Assembly (NCBI GenBank): GCA_963812015.1
Contig: CAWETI010000003.1
Location: 1,728,001 to 1,792,000 of the forward strand
From: an uncultured delta proteobacterium
GTDB lineage: Bacteria; Desulfobacterota; Desulfobaccia; Desulfobaccales; 0-14-0-80-60-11
Direction of reading: 5' to 3'
DNA: 64,000 bases
Part shown: piece after piece, positions 52,855-62,089 of the stretch
How positions within the stretch are numbered: position 1 is the first letter of the stretch
Layout: every line of letters starts with the position of its first letter
Made by a program: the position numbers and the translations under genes
The notes under the pieces: generated by a model
What the model saw: only the letters and a program-made list of their open reading frames with translations
Database searches by the model: none
What the model was told of the DNA's origin: nothing

Positions 52855-54396
52855 ATGCATGTCTTCATGGCTTACGTTCGGGACCAAAACTTTTGCCAGT
52901 TGCTGCCTGAGGAACTGAATAGATCAACCTCTGACGATGCACGCCTTCAAGTGATGGCATTCCCTCCCCTGGGGATCCAGACTCTGGCGCCGGTCCTGCG
53001 CCAACATGGACACCGGGTGCGGCTGTTTGACACCTGTCATCCCCTGATGCAGGCGGAGCACATCGCTCAGGCCGCAGACGCAGAGCGGCCCGACGTCATC
53101 GCGCTCTCCTGCCTGTCGACGACCACCTACCCAGCGGTCAAAAACCTGGCCCGGCGGCTGAAGGTGGAGGCGCCCCACATCCCCATCATCCTGGGCGGAA
53201 CCTTTGCCACCATGAATTCGGACCGCATCCTGGAAGATTGCCCCGACTTAGACTGCGTGGGGGTCGGGGAGGGCGAAGAGCTGCTCCCGGATTATCTGAA
53301 CAACCTTGACAACTTAGGCTCGGTCGCCGGTCTGGTCTGGCGCCACGCCGGACAGATCGTTCGGAACGTCCCCCGTCCCCTTATCCGGGACCTGAATCAG
53401 TTTCCTTACCCCGACCGCACCAGCCTCCCCATCGATTATATCGAGTCCTTGCCCCTGGATGTCCCGGCGGTTCTCTCCCTGGACAAATTTTGTACCATGC
53501 AGACCTCCCGGGGCTGCCCCTATGCCTGCATCTACTGCGATATCCCATCCCTGTCCCAGGGAAAATGGCGCTACCGTTCGGCCGAGCATGTCCTGGGGGA
53601 AATGCAGCAACTGCACGATATGGGTTATCGCTCGATTTACCTCACCGATGATCACTTTCTCCTTAACCGTAAGCGCATCGGCGACATTTGCCACGGGATC
53701 ATTGCCCGTAAGCTCAAGTTCCACTGGGGCTGCGAAGGTCGGGTTGATGCGGTTGCGGTTGATCAGTTGCCGATCATGAAAGAAGCCAACTGCAATTTTC
53801 TGGCCTTTGGGGTGGAGGCGGGCACGCAAAAGGTCCTGGACCGGCTGCACAAAAATCAGACCCTGGCCCAGGTGGAGCACGCCGTCAGTGAGGCGAAGCG
53901 GCAGGGCATCGAACGGGTGCACGGATTTTTTGTCATCAGCTCGCCCGGCGAAACCGAAAAGGATGTCATGGCCAGTTTCCGCTTTGCCGCCCGGCTGAAA
54001 CTGGACACCTTCGGTTTCAATCGCTTATGCGCCTACCGGGGCACGCCGTTGTGGCGGGAGTACGTTGACCGCGGCATCATTGACGACGAGCGCGATTGGG
54101 ACAAATGGTTCAAGTGTTCGGACATCGACCCCACCGCCCTGTCGAGTGCGGCGGTGAACCGGGTGCGCATGAAAGGTTACGCCCGGCTGTTTGCCAGCCG
54201 TATTTTGCGACGTCCCCTCCGCACCTATAGGCTGCTGCGCACCTTCGGCCGCCACATGAAAACCGCCGATATCCTCAAGTTGCTTTACAGTCCTTTCCGA
54301 CGGCGTTCCTTGAGCCGGAAGCCTGATCTCCCGGCCAGGATGATAGACTTGGGACTCGAAGTTCCCCAAGTCGGCCCTGCCGCCTCCCGCTCTTAG
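52855..54396 (+). CDS. Cobalamin-dependent radical SAM protein
   Basis: PPLGI B12-binding N-terminus, GEGE, TSRGCPYACIYC, FGVEAG, HGFFVI..PGET. Confidence 0.9.
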   Translation: MHVFMAYVRDQNFCQLLPEELNRSTSDDARLQVMAFPPLGIQTLAPVLRQHGHRVRLFDTCHPLMQAEHIAQAADAERPDVIALSCLSTTTYPAVKNLARRLKVEAPHIPIILGGTFATMNSDRILEDCPDLDCVGVGEGEELLPDYLNNLDNLGSVAGLVWRHAGQIVRNVPRPLIRDLNQFPYPDRTSLPIDYIESLPLDVPAVLSLDKFCTMQTSRGCPYACIYCDIPSLSQGKWRYRSAEHVLGEMQQLHDMGYRSIYLTDDHFLLNRKRIGDICHGIIARKLKFHWGCEGRVDAVAVDQLPIMKEANCNFLAFGVEAGTQKVLDRLHKNQTLAQVEHAVSEAKRQGIERVHGFFVISSPGETEKDVMASFRFAARLKLDTFGFNRLCAYRGTPLWREYVDRGIIDDERDWDKWFKCSDIDPTALSSAAVNRVRMKGYARLFASRILRRPLRTYRLLRTFGRHMKTADILKLLYSPFRRRSLSRKPDLPARMIDLGLEVPQVGPAASRS

Positions 54397-54764
54397 CGCG
54401 GCGCCGCCCCTTGACTCCCCGGTTCCCGTGGCTGCGCCTCCAGGTGCTTGCCTTTGAGTTCCTCGGGGTCGCCGGCCACCGGCGAGACCGCCACAAAGTT
54501 GACATCCTCAAAGAAGACCTCGAAATAGGTCCAATCGTCCGAGATGGGCTCGTCGCAGACGCAGACCCGGCCCCCGGGCGTCTCCCATGGCATCGCCAAC
54601 CAGTCGGGCAGATAGGCCTCCCGGGGCGCGGCCCGGAGCATGGTGGTGCCGTCGCCGAAGTCTTTCATACTGGGGGTTTCCATCACCATCCGGACGCGAT
54701 TCCCGGCCTCCACCAGCCGGGCCGGGCGGTAAATCCTGGCCCCAACCCTTAGCTCATTTACCAT
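54393..54764 (-). CDS. Hypothetical protein
   Basis: 123-aa ORF with GAGG RBS. Confidence 0.6.
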   Translation of the reverse strand: MVNELRVGARIYRPARLVEAGNRVRMVMETPSMKDFGDGTTMLRAAPREAYLPDWLAMPWETPGGRVCVCDEPISDDWTYFEVFFEDVNFVAVSPVAGDPEELKGKHLEAQPREPGSQGAAPR

Positions 54765-54839
54765 TAAACCCTCTTCTTTCAGACAAATTTATGCCATCTA
54801 TCCCAGTATTTTATAAGCCATTTCAAAATCCGCTTTTTT

Positions 54840-54909
54840 GTCATCCTGAACGGAGTGAAGGATCTTAACTTATTAAATATACGAAATTCTTCGCTCCGCT
54901 CAGAATGAC
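54840..54909. repeat. Long imperfect hairpin element (MITE/RPE-like)
   Basis: gtcatcctgaacggagtgaaggat ... attcttcgctccgctcagaatgac. Confidence 0.75.
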
Positions 54910-55132
54910 CCTTCTCTATCAATCCAGGCTTTGAACTGGCTTGTAGGAGAAGGCCAAGGCAGCGCTCTCTGGGCCTCCCCTGCCCTCTCCTCCCCCCGCA
55001 TCCCCCTGGCCGGCCACGTTCCCGGACTTCGGGGCGCTGGGGAAATCGAGCTTGACATTGGCCAGTTGGCCCTTAATTTAAGTGTGTCGGAAGTATGGCC
55101 GTTAATCCTAAAAAAAGAAAGGATAGAAATTC

Positions 55133-55576
55133 ATGCGTACACACAGGATTCTCCTTAGTCTGGCCCTGGCGGCTTTTCTCCTGCTGGCGGTCACCCCTGG
55201 CAGCGCCCAGGCGCCTTATTACGCGGTGGGGTCCGTATCCATTGACATGATGAGCGTGGCCGCGGGCGTCGGCTTCAGTTCGGGGAGCGGCGTCCTCATG
55301 TGGCAGGGGAAACGCATCCTTTTCAAGATTGACGGCCTCAGCGTCGGCAATGTCGGGATCTCTTCCATCAGTGCGGTCGGCAATGTTTACAATATGAACA
55401 ACGTCTCTCAGTTTCCCGGCAATTATGCCGCGGTGGGCGCAGGCGTCACCCTGGCTGGGGGCGTGGCCGGCCTGAAGATGCAGAACCAGAGCGGCGTCAT
55501 CATCAACCTGTATGCCGTCCAGCAAGGCGTGCAGCTCAACATCGGGCCGCAAGGTTTCAACATCTCCCTGCAATAG
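55133..55576 (+). CDS. Exported beta-rich protein (DUF1134/EipA-like)
   Basis: Signal peptide; GVGFSSGSGVL, GLSVG.VG, GNVYN..FPGNY, MQNQSGVII. Confidence 0.7.
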   Translation: MRTHRILLSLALAAFLLLAVTPGSAQAPYYAVGSVSIDMMSVAAGVGFSSGSGVLMWQGKRILFKIDGLSVGNVGISSISAVGNVYNMNNVSQFPGNYAAVGAGVTLAGGVAGLKMQNQSGVIINLYAVQQGVQLNIGPQGFNISLQ

Positions 55577-55747
55577 CCAAACTCCCCCACCGGGAACGCT
55601 GGCCGCCAAGACTGGTTTGCTGCTCGGCGCGCTCACTTGACACCCGGGGACGGGAATATCCGCAGGAAACCTTTCACCCGCTTTCAGGCGTGGCCTGGGG
55701 GCGGGTGTGCCTTTCTCTCGGCGATTTCCGGGCCGGGCGGGCCCAGG

Positions 55748-56467
55748 TTAGGGGACCGCGCCCCTCAGGTAAGCCTGTCTCCTGGCCTCGGGAAACCTCT
55801 CGATGGCATACCGGAGCATGGTGCGGGGCATAGTCTGGTAATGGGCCTGCAAAAAGGCTTCCGCCACTGCCAACTGGCGCTTCCCCACCTCCCGCAGCAT
55901 CCAGCCCACGGCCTTGTGGATCAAGTCTTCCGGGTCGCCCAACAGCAGCCGGGCGACTCTGAGGGTCTCGTCATAGTCCCCCTGTTTGATGAAGTGAAGG
56001 GTGGCCAGAATGGCTATCCGCCGCTCCCACAAAACCCCGGACCCGGCCAGCCGGGTCAGAAGCTCTTTGGGGCGCTCGGCCAGGTAGTGGCCCACCAGGT
56101 GCGGGGCCGAGGCGTCCACCAGATCCCAGTTGTTGACCAACCTGGCCTGCTCCAGGTAAAGCCGGTGGATGGCCCCCCTGACGTTGGTGCCGCCTTGATA
56201 ATACTGCTTAATCAGGATCAACAGGGCCAGCAGCCGGTCTTCGTGGAAGGCGGACTGGAGCAGACGCAGGGTCTCCGTTAGGGAAAGTTCCTGATATTTT
56301 TGGGCCAACTTTCTCAAGAACGGGACGCGAATGCCCCGAAACCGATCGCCCTCGCCATATTCTCCCGGCCCGGTCTTGAAGAATCGTTGCAGAATCGCAG
56401 CCTGGGGGGCGTTGCCCAGACTTTTCAGTTCTCTCTGGATGGTGGCCGTCAGCATGGCGCCGGTCAT
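55748..56467 (-). CDS. DNA alkylation repair protein (AlkD-like)
   Basis: FFKTGPGEYGEGD, NNWDLVD, LWERRIA, DLIHKAVGWMLRE, MPRTMLRYAIE. Confidence 0.9.
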   Translation of the reverse strand: MTGAMLTATIQRELKSLGNAPQAAILQRFFKTGPGEYGEGDRFRGIRVPFLRKLAQKYQELSLTETLRLLQSAFHEDRLLALLILIKQYYQGGTNVRGAIHRLYLEQARLVNNWDLVDASAPHLVGHYLAERPKELLTRLAGSGVLWERRIAILATLHFIKQGDYDETLRVARLLLGDPEDLIHKAVGWMLREVGKRQLAVAEAFLQAHYQTMPRTMLRYAIERFPEARRQAYLRGAVP

Positions 56468-56486
56468 ATCAATAAGGGTATATTTT

Positions 56487-57275
56487 TTAGGCCGTGACGC
56501 TCATCCGGCCCAGGTAGGCCTCCAGGACCAGGGGGTTGTGGCGCACTTCCTCGGGGGTGCCCTGGGCGATGCGGTTGCCGCCGTCCAGAACCACCACGTG
56601 ATCCGAAATCCCCATCACCAGTTCCATGTCGTGTTCCACCAGGATCATGGTTTTTCCCGCCAGCCGCATCTGCCGGATGAGGGCGGCCACCGTCGCGGTC
56701 TCGTCGGGGTTCAGGCCCGCCACCGGCTCATCCAGCAACGTGAGGACGGGCTGAGACACGAAGGCCCGGGCCATTTCCACCCTTTTTTTGTCCCCGTAGG
56801 GCAGCACCCCCACGGGCCAACCGGCCTTGTCCGCCAGGCCGAAGGCGTCCAGGGTCTCCAGGGCCATGAGCTTCAACCGCCGCTCCCGGTGCCGCAAACC
56901 CGGGGGACGCAGGAGGGCCTCCAGCAGGGAGGCGCCGGCCTGGACCGTCAGGCCGCAGAGGACGTTGTCCAGGACCGTGAGGCGTGGAAAGATGCGCAGG
57001 TTTTGAAATGTCCGGGTGATTCCCAGCCGGGCCACCCGGTGGGCATGCATCCCGGCAATATCAGCACCCTCGAACCGGATGGCCCCCGCGTCGGGCCGGA
57101 TGACCCCGGTGAGACAGTTGATCAGGGTGGTCTTGCCGGCCCCGTTGGGACCGATGAGGGCGGTAACCCGGCCCCGGTAGGCGAAAAAGCCCACGTCGGC
57201 CAGGGCCGGCAAACCGCCGAAATGCTTGCTGAGGCCGATTACCTGGAGAAGCGGTGGCTGATTTGCTTCTTTCAT
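56487..57275 (-). CDS. livG: Branched-chain amino acid ABC transporter ATP-binding protein
   Basis: FGGLPAL, GPNGAGKT, RTFQN, LPYG, LLDEP, VEHDM, EAYLG. Confidence 0.92.
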   Translation of the reverse strand: MKEANQPPLLQVIGLSKHFGGLPALADVGFFAYRGRVTALIGPNGAGKTTLINCLTGVIRPDAGAIRFEGADIAGMHAHRVARLGITRTFQNLRIFPRLTVLDNVLCGLTVQAGASLLEALLRPPGLRHRERRLKLMALETLDAFGLADKAGWPVGVLPYGDKKRVEMARAFVSQPVLTLLDEPVAGLNPDETATVAALIRQMRLAGKTMILVEHDMELVMGISDHVVVLDGGNRIAQGTPEEVRHNPLVLEAYLGRMSVTA

Positions 57276-57287
57276 GGGTAAAACCAA

Positions 57288-57583
57288 GTGGCACAGGCGT
57301 CTCGCCTGTGCATTCATACATTAATTGTTCAATTATATTCCGGGTTAATCGATCTTACCCGCTGACCAAAAGCTTCAAGGCTGATTCGACCATTTGCATA
57401 ATCACAGGCAACTTCAACAAGGGCTTCAAGTTTCAATAAGCCTCCAACCATCTCTTCCATTCTTGTTCGCAATATTTGATCGTGTCCCCGACAAAATCTT
57501 CCTTGCGTTTCTCCTCCACATCCGCACGCTCAAATAGGCATTTTCCCCTCCTTTTGCGAGCACAGGCGAGACGCCTGCGCCAC
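57288..57583. mobile_element. REPIN-like element: inverted 24-bp REPs enclosing one small gene
   Basis: gtggcacaggcgtctcgcctgtgc (57288-57311) and the reverse complement of 57560-57583 are 23/24 identical. Confidence 0.65.
57329..57541 (-). pseudogene. CxCGC-protein paralog with in-frame TGA at codon 4 (pseudogene or selenoprotein)
   Basis: aaggagggg RBS; MPI*ACGCGGETQGRFCRGHDQILR... 70 codons, aligns end to end with 6408-6620. Confidence 0.75.
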
Positions 57584-57679
57584 TGAAGAAATCCTAACCA
57601 TAATCACCCTTATTGGGGTTGGGGGAGAGGGTTTGGGAGAGGGGGCAGGGGTCGTCGGCCTCTGGCCCCCTCTCCCAAT

Positions 57680-58690
57680 TCACTGCTCGCCCCGCGCCGC
57701 GGCCACCGCCAACCGCCGTCGGGCCCAGCGGGTGCGGACGAGATCCACCAGGCCGGACACGAACCCCTGGGGCAGGAAGAGGAGGATCACCACCAGGATC
57801 AGTCCGTGAATGATATCCATGTAGTTTTCCAAAAATCCCAGGAAATTGGGCAGAATGGTGATGAAGGCTGCTCCGAATAAACTGCCCCAAACGGAGCCCA
57901 GCCCCCCCACCACCACCATGATCACCAGGTCCAGGGATTTGAAGATACTGAAGGCGTCGGGATTGACGTAGCCGAAATAGTGGGCGTAGAGGCTGCCGGC
58001 CACCGAGGCGAAGACCGCGGACAGGATGAACACGCTGATTTTTTGGCGCCGCACGTCCACCCCCAGGGCGGCGGCAGCCACCTCGTCGGCGGCCAGGGCG
58101 GCCAGGCCCCGCCCCACCCCGCTCCGCACCAGGTTGAGACACAGGGTCAGGGCCACCAGGGCGAATGTCCAGACCAGGTAGTGGAACTTGAGGTCGCTGT
58201 CGAAGGTGAGGCCCCCAATGGACAGGGGCGGCACCCCGGAAAGGCCGCTGGGGCCCCCGGTGACCGCGTCCCACTGAATAAAGATGCTGTCCACCACATA
58301 ATTGAACCCCAGGGTGGCCATGGCTAGGTAGTGGCCCGAAAGCCTCAGGGTGGGAACCCCGAGGACCAGGGCCACCACCGCCATGACCGCCGCGGTGAGA
58401 ATCATGGCCGGCCAGGCCGGCACGTTATAGGTGGCGGTCAGAATGGCCGAGCCGTAAGCGCCCAACCCGAAAAAAGCGGCATGGCCCAGGGATATCTGGC
58501 CGGCGAAGCCGATGAAGAGGTTGAGCCCCAGGACGACGATGACATAGAGGCCGATGAGGTTGAGGATGCCCAGCTGGTAAGGATTGCGCATCACCAGGGG
58601 GGTGAGGGCCAGGAGCAGGGCCAGACCCCACACCATGAGCCCCGTGTGGTGGCGGATGACAAAAAACTTGGCTTTCTCCCATCCACTCAT
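57680..58690 (-). CDS. livM: Branched-chain amino acid ABC transporter permease
   Basis: GLNLFIGFAGQISLGHAAFFGLGAY, LRLSGHYLAMATL, VTGGPSG, VVVGGLGS. Confidence 0.92.
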   Translation of the reverse strand: MSGWEKAKFFVIRHHTGLMVWGLALLLALTPLVMRNPYQLGILNLIGLYVIVVLGLNLFIGFAGQISLGHAAFFGLGAYGSAILTATYNVPAWPAMILTAAVMAVVALVLGVPTLRLSGHYLAMATLGFNYVVDSIFIQWDAVTGGPSGLSGVPPLSIGGLTFDSDLKFHYLVWTFALVALTLCLNLVRSGVGRGLAALAADEVAAAALGVDVRRQKISVFILSAVFASVAGSLYAHYFGYVNPDAFSIFKSLDLVIMVVVGGLGSVWGSLFGAAFITILPNFLGFLENYMDIIHGLILVVILLFLPQGFVSGLVDLVRTRWARRRLAVAAARGEQ

Positions 58691-58708
58691 GGCCAGCGTT
58701 TACCAACC

Positions 58709-58906
58709 TTATCGATTGGCACGCAAAAAGCGGGCTATGCTGCGGTCGTAAGTCCGCTCCACCTCAGGGGTAAAGTAGCACGCCGGCAACTGGCCCATGG
58801 CCCGGTGGTAGCGGAGACACTCACAGCAGATGCCCTTGCGTGGGCACGGTTCATAAGTGCAGTTACATTTTTCCAGATTAATTGCTTGGTTGGAACACTC
58901 TTTCAT
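58709..58906 (-). CDS. Small Cys-rich conserved protein (DUF6485-like)
   Basis: [21 protein letters not shown]...LPACYF..ERTYDRS; AAGGAG RBS. Confidence 0.85.
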   Translation of the reverse strand: MKECSNQAINLEKCNCTYEPCPRKGICCECLRYHRAMGQLPACYFTPEVERTYDRSIARFLRANR

Positions 58907-59061
58907 CCTTTATTTCTCCTTTCTTATGAATCTACCCTAAGGTCTTGGTTTTCTAAATCAACACCAGATAAGGAAGTGGGTAAATTTCCCCCTTTTCTCA
59001 AGGGGGGTAATTGGGAATTATGAGTAACCCTTTAATAATCTCCTCTCCTCAAAAATCTCTC

Positions 59062-59571
59062 TCAAGCCGCCGCGGCCAGACCTAGCTGAAAGGCTTTGAG
59101 GCTGGCCTCCCGGAAGCGCTCCGGGGTCGTGGCCGCGATAATTTCGGTCAAAAGATCCGGCCCAGCGAACAGGCCCCCCGCGGCCGCGGCATAGCCCATC
59201 AAGATGAGGTTGGCCGCCACGGCGGGCAGGCCGTGGGTCTCCGCCAGGGATCGGGCGTCCACGTTGCGGTAATCCCCCGGCGTCGCGGCATTGACGAACA
59301 CTGCCCCCCCGGCTTTCATATAGAAGCGGTGCACCGCCAGGTTCTTAGGGTGCAGGAAGAGTCCCCGGTCCGCCTCCCCCGCGGAAATCAGGGGCCCCCG
59401 GAAAGGCCCCACCTTGATCATGGAGATGACCGTGCCGCCCCGTTGGGCCATGCCGTGGGTTTCGGAGGTAATAACCGGGAGCCCCGCCGCGGCCGCGGTC
59501 TCCGCCAACAGCCGGGTCAGGGTGAGGGCCCCCTGCCCTCCCAGGCCGCTGACGATGATTTGTTGCTTCAA
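59062..59571 (-). CDS. iorB: Indolepyruvate:ferredoxin oxidoreductase beta subunit
   Basis: SGLGGQGA, SETHGMAQRGGTV; follows iorA. Confidence 0.88.
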   Translation of the reverse strand: MKQQIIVSGLGGQGALTLTRLLAETAAAAGLPVITSETHGMAQRGGTVISMIKVGPFRGPLISAGEADRGLFLHPKNLAVHRFYMKAGGAVFVNAATPGDYRNVDARSLAETHGLPAVAANLILMGYAAAAGGLFAGPDLLTEIIAATTPERFREASLKAFQLGLAAAA

Positions 59572-59646
59572 AGTTGCTCCTCCTTAACATGGCGCATTGG
59601 GGAAGGGGAAGGACTCAGTACGAAAAATCCCCGCTCTCAAATTATA

Positions 59647-61491
59647 TCATTTTGGCCTGGCCTCAATGGCTCTTTCGGGGCAGACCTGGACGCACACCCC
59701 GCAGCCGACGCAGCGGCCCCCGTCGATCACCACCCGCCCGTCGGCTTCATCCAGGGACAGAGCCGGGCACTCGAAGTCATCCAGACAATGCCGGCAGCCG
59801 GTGCAATCTTCCGTGACCCGCATAGTATAGGCAGTCTGGGCTTTACGGGCATCTTTGTCCAGCAGGCAGGGATGCTTGGCGATGACCACTGCCAACCCTC
59901 CCGCCGGGCTCCGGCAATAGGCGTCGGCGGACCTCAGCAGGTCCATGAAGGCGCGCAGGTCGTAGGGGTCGGCCTCCCTGAGAAAACCCGCGCCGCAAGC
60001 CCGCACTAGGTCGGGGATGAGCACCGGGTGGCCCCTCTCCCCGGCGGCGGTGAGCCCCACCTGGGGGGTGGGCTGGTGGCCGGTCATGGCCGTGGTGGCG
60101 TTGTCCAGGATCACCAGGATGAAGCGGGCTTGATGGAACACCGCGTTGAGCAGGGCCGGGACCCCGGCGTGGAAAAAGGTGGAGTCACCGATGGTGGCCA
60201 CGATGGTGGGAAACTCTCTTCCCTCGGCGGCGTAGGCCCGGTAGAACCCCGCGGCCTGGCTGATGCCGGCCCCCATGCAGTGGCAGGTGTCCACCGCCCC
60301 CAGGTTCAGCCCCAGGGTGTAACAGCCGATGTCGCTGGGGAAGATCCCCGCCGGGAAGGTTTCTTTGATGGCGTAGAACGCCGCCCGGTGAGCACAGCCG
60401 GCGCAGAGGGTGGGTCGGTCGCCGCCGCCGGATGGCCCCGGGACGCTCCGGGCCGGGCGCTCCAGAAAGGTTTCCAGCACCGGGCGGATGACGTCGGGGG
60501 TCAGTTCGCCCGCCTTAGGGACGCTCCCGGAGCTACGCCCCTGAACCAGGGGGTTGGTCAGCTGCAGCTCGATAACCGGATAGGTCTCTTCGATGACCAG
60601 GATTTTTTTATACCGGGAGTTGACCGTGTTGATGAAGTCCCGGTTGAGGGGATAGGCCATGGTCACCTGGTAAAAATCGACTCGCCCCCAAAGGCCCAGT
60701 TCATCCAGCCAGTCCCCGGTGTGGGCCCAGGCCACCCCGGAGGCGATCATGCAGGTGTCGGGGAGGGAGCCGTCCCCCCGGGTCAGGCGGGGGGCGAACT
60801 CTGCAGCCGCGGCAATTTTATCGATCTTGTCGTTAAGCAGCCGGTGCAACTCCAGGACAAACACCGGGGTGGCACACCAGCGCCGGGGGTCCTTGTCGAA
60901 CTTCGCCGGCCGGTCCAGCCGCACCGGCGGCCCGCAAGGGACGTTCTGCCGGGCGTGGCACACCCGGGTGGTGGGCCGGACCATAACCGGCACCTCAAAG
61001 CGCTCCGAAAGCTCCAGGGCCTGGGCCACCATGTCCTTGGCCTCCCGGGGGCTTGACGGGTCCAGCACCGGCACCTTGGCGAACATGGCAAAGAAGCGGC
61101 TGTCCTGCTCGGTCTGGGAACTGTGGGGGCCGGGGTCGTCAGCGGCGATCACCACCAGGCCGCCTTTGACCCCCAGGTAGGCGGCCCGCATAAAGGGGTC
61201 CGAGGCGACGTTGACCCCCACCTGCTTCATGGAGACCGCGGACCGCCGGCCGCACATGGAGTTGGCCAGGGCAACTTCAAAGGCCACCTTTTCGTTCACC
61301 GACCACTCGGCATAGACCTTGGCCCCGGTCTCTTTGGCGAAGATGACTACGGACGGCAAAATCTCCGAGGCCGGGGTGCCGGGATAGGAGGCGGCCAGGG
61401 TGCAGCCGGCCTCCACGATGCCCCGCCCCATGGCCTCGTTGCCCATGAGGATACGTTGATTGTCAATATTTATTGAAGTTTGGGTTCTCAT
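59647..61491 (-). CDS. iorA: Indolepyruvate:ferredoxin oxidoreductase alpha subunit
   Basis: MGNEA, YPGTPASE, DDPGPHSSQTEQDSR, LCAGCAHR, SDIGCY, GDSTFFH, 2x[4Fe-4S] C-terminus. Confidence 0.93.
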   Translation of the reverse strand: MRTQTSINIDNQRILMGNEAMGRGIVEAGCTLAASYPGTPASEILPSVVIFAKETGAKVYAEWSVNEKVAFEVALANSMCGRRSAVSMKQVGVNVASDPFMRAAYLGVKGGLVVIAADDPGPHSSQTEQDSRFFAMFAKVPVLDPSSPREAKDMVAQALELSERFEVPVMVRPTTRVCHARQNVPCGPPVRLDRPAKFDKDPRRWCATPVFVLELHRLLNDKIDKIAAAAEFAPRLTRGDGSLPDTCMIASGVAWAHTGDWLDELGLWGRVDFYQVTMAYPLNRDFINTVNSRYKKILVIEETYPVIELQLTNPLVQGRSSGSVPKAGELTPDVIRPVLETFLERPARSVPGPSGGGDRPTLCAGCAHRAAFYAIKETFPAGIFPSDIGCYTLGLNLGAVDTCHCMGAGISQAAGFYRAYAAEGREFPTIVATIGDSTFFHAGVPALLNAVFHQARFILVILDNATTAMTGHQPTPQVGLTAAGERGHPVLIPDLVRACGAGFLREADPYDLRAFMDLLRSADAYCRSPAGGLAVVIAKHPCLLDKDARKAQTAYTMRVTEDCTGCRHCLDDFECPALSLDEADGRVVIDGGRCVGCGVCVQVCPERAIEARPK

Positions 61492-61658
61492 GATTTTTAT
61501 TTAAACGGGATGATATTCCTAAGTTAAAATTCCCCTTTTTTAAAGAGGGGGGGGAGGGGGGAATAGGGGAACCTCTCATAACTTTTTCCAAAACTCCCCC
61601 CGTATTCTCATAGACCTCCCTGGCCTTAAATCTCATGATCGTAATTCCCTGCATTCAC

Positions 61659-62003
61659 TTACCAATTCCAGGTGCCGTCGGGGTTCCAGCGGCTGGGTAA
61701 GGGGGGGAGCAGTCCCAAGCACGCTAAGAAGTTGCCGGTAAGGGACCGGTTATCCTGGCTGAATCCCCCTACATCCCGGCATTTTTTGTCAGGTTCATAG
61801 TTTAATTTCCGCGCCTCATCAGCCCGGGCCACACGATATTCTTTCTTTTCCAGGCTGGCGCAAAGAGGAGATACATAAGTATGGGTTTGATCATCGAGCA
61901 GCACGACGGCATTATCAGGCATGGTTCGGGTCGGGACGATAAAAAAGCCGGCCAAAAGCGTGAAGATTAACATGATTACAAAGAATCTTATGGTGGGTAA
62001 CAT
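61659..62003 (-). CDS. Membrane-anchored hypothetical protein, lower GC
   Basis: N-terminal TM helix; SRWNPDGTWNW tail; interrupts the livH-iorA run. Confidence 0.7.
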   Translation of the reverse strand: MLPTIRFFVIMLIFTLLAGFFIVPTRTMPDNAVVLLDDQTHTYVSPLCASLEKKEYRVARADEARKLNYEPDKKCRDVGGFSQDNRSLTGNFLACLGLLPPLPSRWNPDGTWNW

Positions 62004-62038
62004 TGATCTTGCCTTTAATCCATTAAATTACTGCGCTT

Positions 62039-62084
62039 GGTGCGCAGTGCGCACCCTACATGGGCACGAACGCCGTGCCCTTAT
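62039..62084 (-). repeat. Two tandem REP-like palindromes
   Basis: Reverse complement GTAG-ggtgcgca-c-tgcgcacc (62039-62059) and gggcacg-gcgtt-cgtgccc. Confidence 0.75.
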
Positions 62085-62089
62085 AAATA

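Noticed and set aside
52855..54396. RiPP or natural-product cluster around the B12 radical SAM gene
   Set aside because: No precursor peptide, transporter or tailoring genes adjacent
57276..57317. N-terminal extension MNAQARRLCHLVLP of livG in the ORF track
   Set aside because: It is the translation of the REP palindrome; the likelier start is ATG 57275
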